This document shows, piece after piece, positions 9,218 through 16,846 of a stretch of 64,000 nt of DNA. This stretch comes from Phycisphaerales bacterium. GTDB lineage: Bacteria > Planctomycetota > Phycisphaerae > Phycisphaerales > UBA1924. Position 1 is the first letter of the stretch. Every line of letters starts with the position of its first letter. The DNA lies in contig JANQQZ010000084.1 of the NCBI GenBank assembly GCA_028284805.1, positions 5,248 through 69,247 on the forward strand. Direction: 5' to 3'. Below the pieces are notes generated by a model. That model saw only the letters and a list, made by a program, of their open reading frames with translations. It did no database searches and was not told the DNA's origin. Made by a program: the position numbers and the translations under genes.

Positions 9218-9415
9218 TCACGGGCAGCCGGCGTTGAAATTCAGGATCCAGGCGCTGAAGTTGGCGGGGGACAGGGCGTTGTCCCCGTTGGTGTCGGCAA
9301 GGCAGGGCGTGGGATCACGGCCGAACACGACGTAGCCCGCGCCCGCGTGCGGCACGTCGCCCGTAGTGGTCTCTGCACCGATGAGTAAATCGTCGATACC
9401 GTCGCGTGACGGCTC
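9218..9415 (-). pseudogene. start-less C-terminal fragment of an FG-GAP protein with a single-repeat GC-ended tail
   Basis: My translation of the 65 codons between the TGA at 9416-9418 and the TGA at 9218-9220 is EPSRDGIDDLLIGAETTTGDVPHAGAGYVVFGRDPTPCLADTNGDNALSPANFSAWILNFNAGCP. It contains no ATG, GTG or TTG start. It has an FG-GAP-like DGIDDLLIGA...GAGYVVFG block plus half of the tail domain. Confidence 0.55.
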
Positions 9416-9691
9416 TCAGGCCGCGTCGCCGTCGTGCAGCTCGCCGTCCACCAGCTCCACGCGGGAGTACTGGTCGAGGTTGAGCGTCACCAGCTCGCCG
9501 TCGGCCTTGCGCAGCTCGAGACGCTCGATCCACAGCTTCTTGTCCTTGCTGTGCGCGAACCAGGAACCGGTCTTGCTGAAGCCGAACGAGACGACCTCGC
9601 CCTCGACCGCGGCGGCGTGCGAGCCGCTCTGGCGAGGCACCTGCTGCACCACGCGCACCTGCTGACCAACCTCGAGCCGCCTGTCGGACAT
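9416..9691 (-). CDS. small hypothetical protein (91 aa)
   Basis: ORF 9416..9724, with the start set at the internal Met (MSDRRLEVGQQVRVV...). That Met is preceded by TATACT plus 6 nt. Coding-like composition; no domain recognised. Confidence 0.6.
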   Translation of the reverse strand: MSDRRLEVGQQVRVVQQVPRQSGSHAAAVEGEVVSFGFSKTGSWFAHSKDKKLWIERLELRKADGELVTLNLDQYSRVELVDGELHDGDAA

Positions 9692-9697
9692 GCAGCC

Positions 9698-9703
9698 AGT
9701 ATA
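9698..9703 (-). promoter_or_regulatory. -10-like hexamer TATACT, 6 nt upstream of the ATG at 9691
   Basis: The minus strand reads TATACT-GGCTGC-ATG. Confidence 0.35.
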
Positions 9704-9731
9704 GACGGAACCACCGGCGTCCATCCCCCAC

Positions 9732-9737
9732 TACCAT
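9732..9737 (+). promoter_or_regulatory. -10-like hexamer TACCAT, 6 nt upstream of the lptF-like ATG at 9744
   Basis: The plus strand reads TACCAT-CACGCC-ATG. Confidence 0.35.
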
Positions 9738-9743
9738 CACGCC

Positions 9744-11471
9744 ATGCCGGCCCGCCTGTGGAAGTACATCCTCGCCGACCTGTGGCGGCTGCTCCTGCTC
9801 ACGACCGTCGTGATCGTCACGGTGATCGCGCTCGCTGTGACCATCCGCCCGCTCGCGGACGGCAAGCTCACGCCCCTGCAGGCGATCCACTTCATGGGGC
9901 TAGCGACGATCCCGATGCTGGCGTATGCCGTGCCGTTCGGAGCCGGGTTCGCGGCGACGCTGGTCTACCACCGGATGGCGCAGGACAACGAGCTTGCCGC
10001 GGCTCACGCGGGGGGCGTCGGGCACCGCTCGGTGCTCGCGCCGGCGCTGATCTCGGGCGTGCTGCTCGCGGGCGTGCTTGGGGTGATCAGCGACCAGGTG
10101 ATCCCGCGGTTCCTGCGCACCATGGAGTCCTACGTCCGGCTCTCCATCGCCGACTGGATGGTCGTGCAGCTCACGCTGGGGAACACGTTCGAGTTCAACG
10201 GCACCGTGATCGGCGCGGAAGTGGTCGAGAAGCTCGACCCCGAGAACGTTGAGGGCGCCAAGACGGTTATCGCGCTGGGCAAGCCCGCGTTCCTGTTCCT
10301 CGACAGCGAGGGGCGGGCGAACACCGCGGGCACGGCGCGACGGGCGTTCCTGGCTGTGCGGCCCTCCGATGACCCGTGGGACGGGCCCGACGCGGGCGGT
10401 GGCACGGGCGCCGGGGGCGAGACCCGCTTCGGGTCCGTCGTGACCATCGTCGCGGAGGACTACCGGGGCAGCGGCGCCGGGGGCACGATCGCCAGCGAGG
10501 ACACGTTCCGCTACGACTTCGCGGTGCCGCCAGCGATCGTTGACGACCCGAAGTTCTTCACGTTCTCGCAGCTGCGGATCCTGCGAGAGCACCCAGAGCG
10601 GTTCGATTTCATCGACGAGTTCCGGCACCGCCTCGCGCTGCGCACGGCGTCCGTCGAGTACCTGCGCGATGTCGACACCGATCTTCGCGACGACCAGACC
10701 GCTGCGCTGACCACGGGCGAGGGCGACACGATCACAATCGAAGGGGCGCACCTCTCGGCGGGGCCGGCGCTGCGCCGCAGGGTGATCCCCGCGACGCCGG
10801 GCGTGCCGATCGACATCACGATCCGACGTGCGAGCGGCGAGACGGAGCGGGTCTCGGCGGCGCGGGCGATCCTGAACACCGCGGCGCCCGACGAGCTGAC
10901 ACGAAAGGGAGTCGAGGCACGCCTCGAGCTCGAGCACGTCGCCACGACCGGGCGTTCGGCGGCCGAGAGCATCCGCCTCGCGAGCGAGAGCACCCAGCCG
11001 GTCGCGGGCGTGCGTCGCCAGCGGTCCGTCACCGGGATCGTGACCGACAGCCCGAGGTACGCCGAGCTGCGCACCGGGTCGCTCGACACGGTTCTGGCCG
11101 AGACCGCCTACCTCACCGAGGGCGCCACGAAGTTCCAGGGCGCGATCGAGGCCCACGACAAGCTCGGCGCCATGCGCGTTGACGTGCTGCGCGAGATCAA
11201 CGCGAACATCCACGAGCGCATCGCGATGTCGCTCGCGGGGCTCGTGATGGTGCTGACGGGCGCGGTCGTCGCGATCCGCCTGCGCGACGCGCTGACGCTG
11301 ACCGTCTACCTCTGGGCGTTCTTCCCTGCGCTCTTCTCTGTGCTCGTCATCAGCATGGGCAAGCAGCTCACGCACGAGTTCGGATTCATCGGCGTGCCGA
11401 CGCTCTACCTGGGCGTGCTGATCCCGCTGGGCTACGCCGTTCTCACGTACCAGCAGATCCGCAGGCGATGA
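9744..11471 (+). CDS. LptF/LptG-family (YjgP/YjgQ) LPS export permease with an enlarged periplasmic domain
   Basis: 575 aa. The N-terminus MPARLWKYILADLWRLLLLTTVVIV... and three N-terminal plus three C-terminal TM helices flanking a large soluble domain fit the YjgP/YjgQ architecture. It overlaps the next gene by 4 nt (ATGA). Confidence 0.85.
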   Translation: MPARLWKYILADLWRLLLLTTVVIVTVIALAVTIRPLADGKLTPLQAIHFMGLATIPMLAYAVPFGAGFAATLVYHRMAQDNELAAAHAGGVGHRSVLAPALISGVLLAGVLGVISDQVIPRFLRTMESYVRLSIADWMVVQLTLGNTFEFNGTVIGAEVVEKLDPENVEGAKTVIALGKPAFLFLDSEGRANTAGTARRAFLAVRPSDDPWDGPDAGGGTGAGGETRFGSVVTIVAEDYRGSGAGGTIASEDTFRYDFAVPPAIVDDPKFFTFSQLRILREHPERFDFIDEFRHRLALRTASVEYLRDVDTDLRDDQTAALTTGEGDTITIEGAHLSAGPALRRRVIPATPGVPIDITIRRASGETERVSAARAILNTAAPDELTRKGVEARLELEHVATTGRSAAESIRLASESTQPVAGVRRQRSVTGIVTDSPRYAELRTGSLDTVLAETAYLTEGATKFQGAIEAHDKLGAMRVDVLREINANIHERIAMSLAGLVMVLTGAVVAIRLRDALTLTVYLWAFFPALFSVLVISMGKQLTHEFGFIGVPTLYLGVLIPLGYAVLTYQQIRRR

Positions 11472-13048
11472 ACGGCGAGCGTCCCACCAAGCCGGTCGAC
11501 GCCGCCCTCGCGCTCGTGCTCGCGGTCACGGTGGTGCGCGCCGTGTACGTGCTCTTCCTCTCGCCCTACGCGCTCGTCGAGGACGAGGCGCACTACTGGG
11601 AATGGGCCCTGCGCCCCGACTGGTCGTACTACAGCAAGGGGCCGGGCGTCGCGTGGTCGATCTGGCTCTCGACGTCGCTCCTCGGTCACGGCGAGGGCGT
11701 TATCCGCCTGCCCGCGGTGATCGCGGGGGGCGTGCTCGCGCTCGCGGTCGCGCGGACGACGAGCCGCCTCTACCACGACCAGCCCTGGAAGCACCACGCG
11801 GCGTTCGTCGGCGCCGCCCTCGTCTGCCTCACGCCCGCGTACCAGCTCCCCGCGATCCTCATGACCATCGACGGGCCCTACGTCGCCTGCTGGGCTCTCG
11901 CGGCCTGGATGCTGCTTGTTGCCCTGGTCCCGACCGACCCGACACGCAGGCGAGGCAACGGCGGCGCACTGCTCCTCTTCGCGCTCTTCCTGGGCGCCGG
12001 CTTCCTCTACAAGTACACCATCTTGCTCATGCTCCCTGGCCTCGCGGGCTTCCTGCTGATCAACCGCAGACGCATCGCGATCCCGGGGATCCCTGCGATC
12101 TTCGCCTCGACGCTGCTCGCGCTTTCGGCGCTCGCGCCGGTCGTGATCTGGAACGCGCAGAACGGCTGGGTGACCGTGAAGCACCTCGCCGGGCATCTGG
12201 GGCTGGCCTGGGGCGATCAGCCGCTGGCGCCGACCGACGGGGGCGGCTGGTCCTACGACCCGAACTGGACGCTCGAACTGGTCGGCACGCAGCTGGGCAT
12301 CGCCGGGCTCACGATCATCCTTTGCGTTCTCGGCATCTGGCACGCACGCAAGAACGGGCTCGGACCCGTGCGCCTCGGCGAGTCGCTCATGCTGTGGATC
12401 GCGGTCCCGATCCTGGTCTTCTATCTGCTCGTGACGCTCTTCACCGACGCCGAGACGAACTGGCCGATCGCAGGCTATCTCACACTCATCCCGCTTGCCG
12501 CGCGGGTCGTCGCAGAGGGTGTCGGCAGGTGGAGCAGCCGCCTCTGGAAGGCATCCGTGGTGCTGGGTGTGCTCGCTGGCATCGTTCTGGCGCGTCTCGA
12601 CCTCGCCGCCGCGGGCGCACGCGCGGCGGGTCTCGAGAGAGTCAACGCCGGGCGCCTGCTCTCGGGCCCTGGGATGGGCGAGGATTTCGACGTGCTCCGC
12701 GCCCAGCTCGCCTCGGAGACCGGGCGGGAGCCCTTCATCGTCGCCGCCCACTACGCCCGCGCGTCGATCCTGGCGTACTACCTGCCCGATCGGCCGAGCG
12801 TGGTCTATTCCGCCTCGCCGTACGCGGGTGGGCGCAAGAGCCAGCAGGACTTCTGGGAGGACACCAGCCTGGCCAAGCCCGAGTTGCTGGGACGCCCCGC
12901 CATCATGCTCGGCGGACTGCCCGAGCACTGGCAGCCCGCCTTCGAGCGGATCGAAGCGATCCCCAACGTTCCAAGCGACCACAAGGGCGATCGGCGGACG
13001 CTCTTCCTCGGGTACGGGTATCGTGGCTTCCCGGAGGACGCCCGCTGA
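11468..13048 (+). CDS. GT-C fold glycosyltransferase, family 39 / ArnT-PMT_2-like
   Basis: 526 aa and polytopic. It has the first-loop acidic motif VEDEAHYWEWA and YSKGPG, typical of ArnT/PMT_2-type lipid-linked-sugar transferases. Confidence 0.85.
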   Translation: MNGERPTKPVDAALALVLAVTVVRAVYVLFLSPYALVEDEAHYWEWALRPDWSYYSKGPGVAWSIWLSTSLLGHGEGVIRLPAVIAGGVLALAVARTTSRLYHDQPWKHHAAFVGAALVCLTPAYQLPAILMTIDGPYVACWALAAWMLLVALVPTDPTRRRGNGGALLLFALFLGAGFLYKYTILLMLPGLAGFLLINRRRIAIPGIPAIFASTLLALSALAPVVIWNAQNGWVTVKHLAGHLGLAWGDQPLAPTDGGGWSYDPNWTLELVGTQLGIAGLTIILCVLGIWHARKNGLGPVRLGESLMLWIAVPILVFYLLVTLFTDAETNWPIAGYLTLIPLAARVVAEGVGRWSSRLWKASVVLGVLAGIVLARLDLAAAGARAAGLERVNAGRLLSGPGMGEDFDVLRAQLASETGREPFIVAAHYARASILAYYLPDRPSVVYSASPYAGGRKSQQDFWEDTSLAKPELLGRPAIMLGGLPEHWQPAFERIEAIPNVPSDHKGDRRTLFLGYGYRGFPEDAR

Positions 13049-13773
13049 TGCTCCGCGCCGCCCCACCAAAGCTGCTCGACGCCCGCGCCGGCACCATCGA
13101 CGCCTGGCAGGCCCGGGCCCGCTGGCACGTGATCGCCGCGATCACCATGCCCGTCATCGCGTTGCTCCACCTCTTCGACGAGTGGGCGTTCTATTACTTT
13201 CTCGAGCCCGTGTTCCGCGTCAAGGAGCTCCAGCCGCCCGGGTTCTTCCTGCCCGACTGGTACCAGGTGCTGCGCCAGGCCGGCAACCTCGAGCTCTGGA
13301 TCGTCCTCTCGCTCATGCTCTGGGGTGTCGACGCCGCCCGCGTCGGTCGGGTGCTCACGCCCGGCGCGTTCAGACGAGGCTGGCTGCTGCTCGCGGGCAG
13401 CGCCGGCGCGGGCATCGTCGCCGAGTTCGGCAAGCTCGTCGTGGCCCGCGAGCGCCCGATCACGGGCGGGAGCATCGACTACCAGGGCTACGTGCACCAC
13501 TGGCCGCTGATCGACCCGCTGCTGGGGCAGGGCAACCTGGGGTTCCCGTCGAGCCACGCGGCGGTGGCGTTCGGCGCGGCGCTCACGCTCGCGTGGCTCG
13601 TCCCGGGCACGCTTCCGGTCATGATCTTCCTGGCGCTGGGCTGCGCCTGGACGCGCATGCTCATGGGGGCGCACTTCCTGACCGATGTCGCGGGCGGCGC
13701 CGCCCTCGCCTGGATCTGGGTGACCTGGCTCCGCCCCGAGACCCGGATGCGTCGGTGGAGCCTCGCGCCGTGA
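13048..13773 (+). CDS. PAP2-family phosphatase (lipid phosphatase-like)
   Basis: This is the in-frame 3' part of track ORF 11602..13773. The ATG at 13048 overlaps the upstream TGA (TGATG). All three PAP2 motifs are present: KLVVARERP, PSSHA and TRMLMGAHFLTDV. Confidence 0.85.
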   Translation: MLRAAPPKLLDARAGTIDAWQARARWHVIAAITMPVIALLHLFDEWAFYYFLEPVFRVKELQPPGFFLPDWYQVLRQAGNLELWIVLSLMLWGVDAARVGRVLTPGAFRRGWLLLAGSAGAGIVAEFGKLVVARERPITGGSIDYQGYVHHWPLIDPLLGQGNLGFPSSHAAVAFGAALTLAWLVPGTLPVMIFLALGCAWTRMLMGAHFLTDVAGGAALAWIWVTWLRPETRMRRWSLAP

Positions 13774-14888
13774 AGCTCATCGACCGCTACATCGCGAGGC
13801 AGTACCTGATCAACATCGCGGCGCTGCTTGCGATCCTGTTCAGCTTCGTGGTGACGATCGACGCGTCGATCAACATCGACGAGTTCTGGGAGGCCGCGGG
13901 GGAGACCGAGTCGGGCGAGCCGCCCGGGCTGATCCGGCGCGTCACGCTGACCGCGCTCTGGATCGCCCACCTGTGGTGGCCCCGCCTGCTGCAGCTGTTC
14001 AACATGATGCTGGGCGTGGTTTTGGTGGGCGCGATGGGTTTCACGTGCGTGCAGTTGGTCCGCCACCGGGAGACGGTCGCGGTCCTGGCCTCGGGCCTGA
14101 GCCTGCGCCGCGTCGCTGCGCCGATCATCGCGGTGAGCGTGCTGATGGTGGGCCTGGCGGCGGTGAACCAGGAGGCGGTGCTCCCCGAGGTCGCCAAGCT
14201 GCTGACGCGCGAGCACCGGGACCTGGGCACACGCCAGACCGCGTCGGGCCCGATCCCGCTCGCGACGGGCAACCAGGGGCGTCTGCTGATCTACGCCCGC
14301 GAGTTCAACCCCGACGACGCGGTGCTCGAGGGCTTCCTGTTCATCGAGCGCGACGAGCGGGGCGTGGGTCTCCGCCACACCACGGGCGAGCGGGCCACCT
14401 GGACGGGCGAGGCCTGGGCTTCCCAGAACGCCCACCTCGAGGACCTCACCAAGCCCGAGGCGAGCGCCTCGGGCATCCCGGTCGAGATCGAGACCGACCT
14501 CGACCCCACGGCCCTGACCGTGCTCCAGTACGCGGGCTTCAGCCAGAACCTCAGCTTCCGCCAGATCGGGCGTCTGCTCGAGCAAACCCGCGGCGGCGAC
14601 GCCAACGTCCGCGACCGGCTCCAGCGCAACCGCTTCGGACGCATCGCGATGGCCCTAAGCAACATCCTCATCATCGTGATCGCGTTGCCCTTCTTCCTGA
14701 CGCGGATGCCCGGGAACTCCCTGGGCGGGAGCCTGCGGGGGGCCCCGGTCGCGATCGTGTGCATCGTGGGCGCGACGCTCGGGACGTCCGCCCCGGTGCC
14801 TGGCGTGCCGGCGGTGGTCTCCGTCTTCCTGCCCGTGCTCGTCCTCGCCCCGCTCGCGGTTGCCGTCGCGATCAGCCCGAAGACGTAG
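13770..14888 (+). CDS. LptF/LptG-family (YjgP/YjgQ) LPS export permease
   Basis: This is the 3' part of track ORF 12495..14888. The GTG at 13770 overlaps the PAP2 stop (GTGA). The protein starts VKLIDRYIARQYLINIAALLAILFSFVV... and has a 3+3 TM layout with a central periplasmic domain. Confidence 0.85.
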   Translation: MKLIDRYIARQYLINIAALLAILFSFVVTIDASINIDEFWEAAGETESGEPPGLIRRVTLTALWIAHLWWPRLLQLFNMMLGVVLVGAMGFTCVQLVRHRETVAVLASGLSLRRVAAPIIAVSVLMVGLAAVNQEAVLPEVAKLLTREHRDLGTRQTASGPIPLATGNQGRLLIYAREFNPDDAVLEGFLFIERDERGVGLRHTTGERATWTGEAWASQNAHLEDLTKPEASASGIPVEIETDLDPTALTVLQYAGFSQNLSFRQIGRLLEQTRGGDANVRDRLQRNRFGRIAMALSNILIIVIALPFFLTRMPGNSLGGSLRGAPVAIVCIVGATLGTSAPVPGVPAVVSVFLPVLVLAPLAVAVAISPKT

Positions 14889-15060
14889 CAGAGCTCCCCC
14901 CGTCCGCGCTGCGAACGAGCCCCTTGCGTGGGCACGGGGAAGGGTCCGCGTTCCCCCTCGCTCGCGCTCCGGGCCCGTGAACGCAGGCAGCATGTATACA
15001 AGCGACCCACGGTCCACGCGTCGTACACTAGAGTGAACCCCCACGCACCGGAGCCGCCTC

Positions 15061-16359
15061 ATGGCCTCAGTCTGCTTCTACTTTCAGGTCCACCAGCCCT
15101 ACCGCCTGAAGCGGTACTCGGTCTTCGACGACCACCCGTTCTACTTCGACACCGACAAGAACGCCGCGATCTGCCAGAAGGTCGCGGACAAGTGCTACCG
15201 CCCCATGAACCGCCTGCTCCTCGAGCTGATCGAGGCCAACGACGGCAACTTCCGGTGCGCGTTCAGCGTCTCGGGCGTCGCGCTCGACCAGTTCGCGGAG
15301 TACGCGCCCGACGTGCTCGACAGCTTCCAGAGGCTCGCCGAGACCGGGTGCGTCGAGTTCCTGGGCGAGACCTACCACCACTCGCTCAGCTTCCTCTACT
15401 CCCGACGCGAGTTCCTCGAGCAGGTCGACCTGCATACCGCCAAGGTGCAGGAGCTGTTCAATCAGACCCCGAGGGTCTTCCGGAACACAGAGCTCATCTA
15501 CTCCAACGAGGTCGGGCATGCCGTCGCCGCCATGACCAACCCCGACGGCACCCGTCGCTTCGACGGCATGTGCTGCGAGGGCTGGGATGCCTACCTGGGC
15601 TACCGCAAGCCCAGCTACGTCTACACACCCCCCGGCTCCCCGACCGGCGCCGGCTCGAACCCCTTCGGGCTGCTGCTCAAGAACTACGCCCTGTCCGACG
15701 ACGTCGCCTTCCGCTTCAGCAACCGGGGCTGGGAAGAGTGGCCCCTGACCACCGAGAAGTTCGCCAAGTGGGTCAACGACGTCAACGGCGACGGCTTCCT
15801 CGTCAACCTCTTCATGGACTACGAGACCTTCGGCGAGCACCAGTGGGCAGACACCGGGATCTTCGACTTCGTCCGCGCCCTGCCCGCCGCCATCTTCGAC
15901 GTCGCGCCCGGCGAGAACCACTTCATCACCCCGAGCATGGCGCTCGAGCAGTTCGAGCCCGTGGGCGAGTACGACGTGCCCAACTACCTGAGCTGGGCCG
16001 ACACCGAGCGCGACCTGTCCGCCTGGCTCGGGAACGCGATGCAGGCCAACGCCCTGCACGAAACGTACAAGGCCGAGGCCGACATCCGCAAGGCGGTCGA
16101 GCTCGCCGAGAGCCTGGGCGAGGCCCAGCCCGAGCTCGCCAAGCAGGCGCTCTACCTGCTCGAAGACTGGCGGAAGCTCACGACGAGCGACCATTTCTAC
16201 TACATGTGCACCAAGTACTGGGCCGACGGCGACGTGCACAAGTACTTCAGCCCCTACGACTCGCCCTACGACGGCTACATCAACTTCATGAACGTGCTCG
16301 ACAACGTGCGGGCACGCCTGGCGAGGCTTGACCTGAAGCCCGAAACCGTGCGGGGCTGA
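15061..16359 (+). CDS. glycoside hydrolase family 57 (alpha-amylase-type)
   Basis: 432 aa. It starts MASVCFYFQVHQPYRLKRY and contains FLGETYHHSL and the FMDYETFGEH block, all characteristic of GH57. Confidence 0.9.
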   Translation: MASVCFYFQVHQPYRLKRYSVFDDHPFYFDTDKNAAICQKVADKCYRPMNRLLLELIEANDGNFRCAFSVSGVALDQFAEYAPDVLDSFQRLAETGCVEFLGETYHHSLSFLYSRREFLEQVDLHTAKVQELFNQTPRVFRNTELIYSNEVGHAVAAMTNPDGTRRFDGMCCEGWDAYLGYRKPSYVYTPPGSPTGAGSNPFGLLLKNYALSDDVAFRFSNRGWEEWPLTTEKFAKWVNDVNGDGFLVNLFMDYETFGEHQWADTGIFDFVRALPAAIFDVAPGENHFITPSMALEQFEPVGEYDVPNYLSWADTERDLSAWLGNAMQANALHETYKAEADIRKAVELAESLGEAQPELAKQALYLLEDWRKLTTSDHFYYMCTKYWADGDVHKYFSPYDSPYDGYINFMNVLDNVRARLARLDLKPETVRG

Positions 16360-16372
16360 AGCCGAGCGGGGC

Positions 16373-16846
16373 ATGGAGTTCAAGAACAAGCACCATTCCT
16401 CGCTGCACCAGTTCTTCGCGATCATGGGTCTGGTCGTCAGCGCGTTCTTCCTGACGATCGGGCTGGTGCTCGCGCTGCTGTTTCTCAGCGCCGGGTCCGC
16501 GAAAGGGATGCACCTGCTGGTCGCGCTGCTCATCTCGAGCATCGTCGGGATCGCGCAGGCGGTCTTCGCGCTCAAGCTGCCGAGGCGTGTGCAGTTCTAC
16601 GACCACGGGCTCCGCGCCGTCTCGTTCGCGGGCAAGAAGGACATCGCCTGGGGCACCATCGGCGCGATCGAGTTCCGCCGGATCAAAACAGTGATCGGCA
16701 CGCGCCACCCCGACGCGGGGGCGATCGTCCTCAAGAACAGCCGGGGCACACCGATCCTGCTGATCGGGAAGGGCTTCAGCGACGCCCGGTCGATGGCCCG
16801 GCTCATCCACGAGCAGGCGCCGGACGCGACGTTCACCGAGCGCTAG
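16373..16846 (+). CDS. membrane protein, hypothetical (possible bacterial PH-like C-terminal domain)
   Basis: 157 aa with two TM helices followed by a small soluble domain. The function call is tentative. Confidence 0.6.
   Translation: MEFKNKHHSSLHQFFAIMGLVVSAFFLTIGLVLALLFLSAGSAKGMHLLVALLISSIVGIAQAVFALKLPRRVQFYDHGLRAVSFAGKKDIAWGTIGAIEFRRIKTVIGTRHPDAGAIVLKNSRGTPILLIGKGFSDARSMARLIHEQAPDATFTER

Noticed and set aside
8697-9221. 174-aa minus-strand ORF spanning the FGE gene's upstream region
   Set aside because: It overlaps the 5' end of the real FGE-domain gene out of frame and runs through an A/T-richer promoter region. The translation is low-complexity, and no signal supports coding.
9218-9724. 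TGA read-through or selenocysteine recoding that would fuse the 91-aa protein to the in-frame FG-GAP/tail fragment
   Set aside because: The shared frame has a 1-in-3 chance by coincidence. No SECIS-like hairpin is obvious right after the TGA. A fusion of a cytoplasmic-looking small protein to half an FG-GAP blade makes no structural sense. Gene decay is the simpler explanation.
11602-14888. Track ORFs 11602..13773 (723 aa) and 12495..14888 (797 aa) taken at face value as giant proteins
   Set aside because: Their 5' two-thirds are Arg/Pro-rich out-of-frame overlaps of the GT39 gene. Only the 3' parts carry real signatures: PAP2 from the ATG at 13048, and the LptG-like permease from the GTG at 13770.
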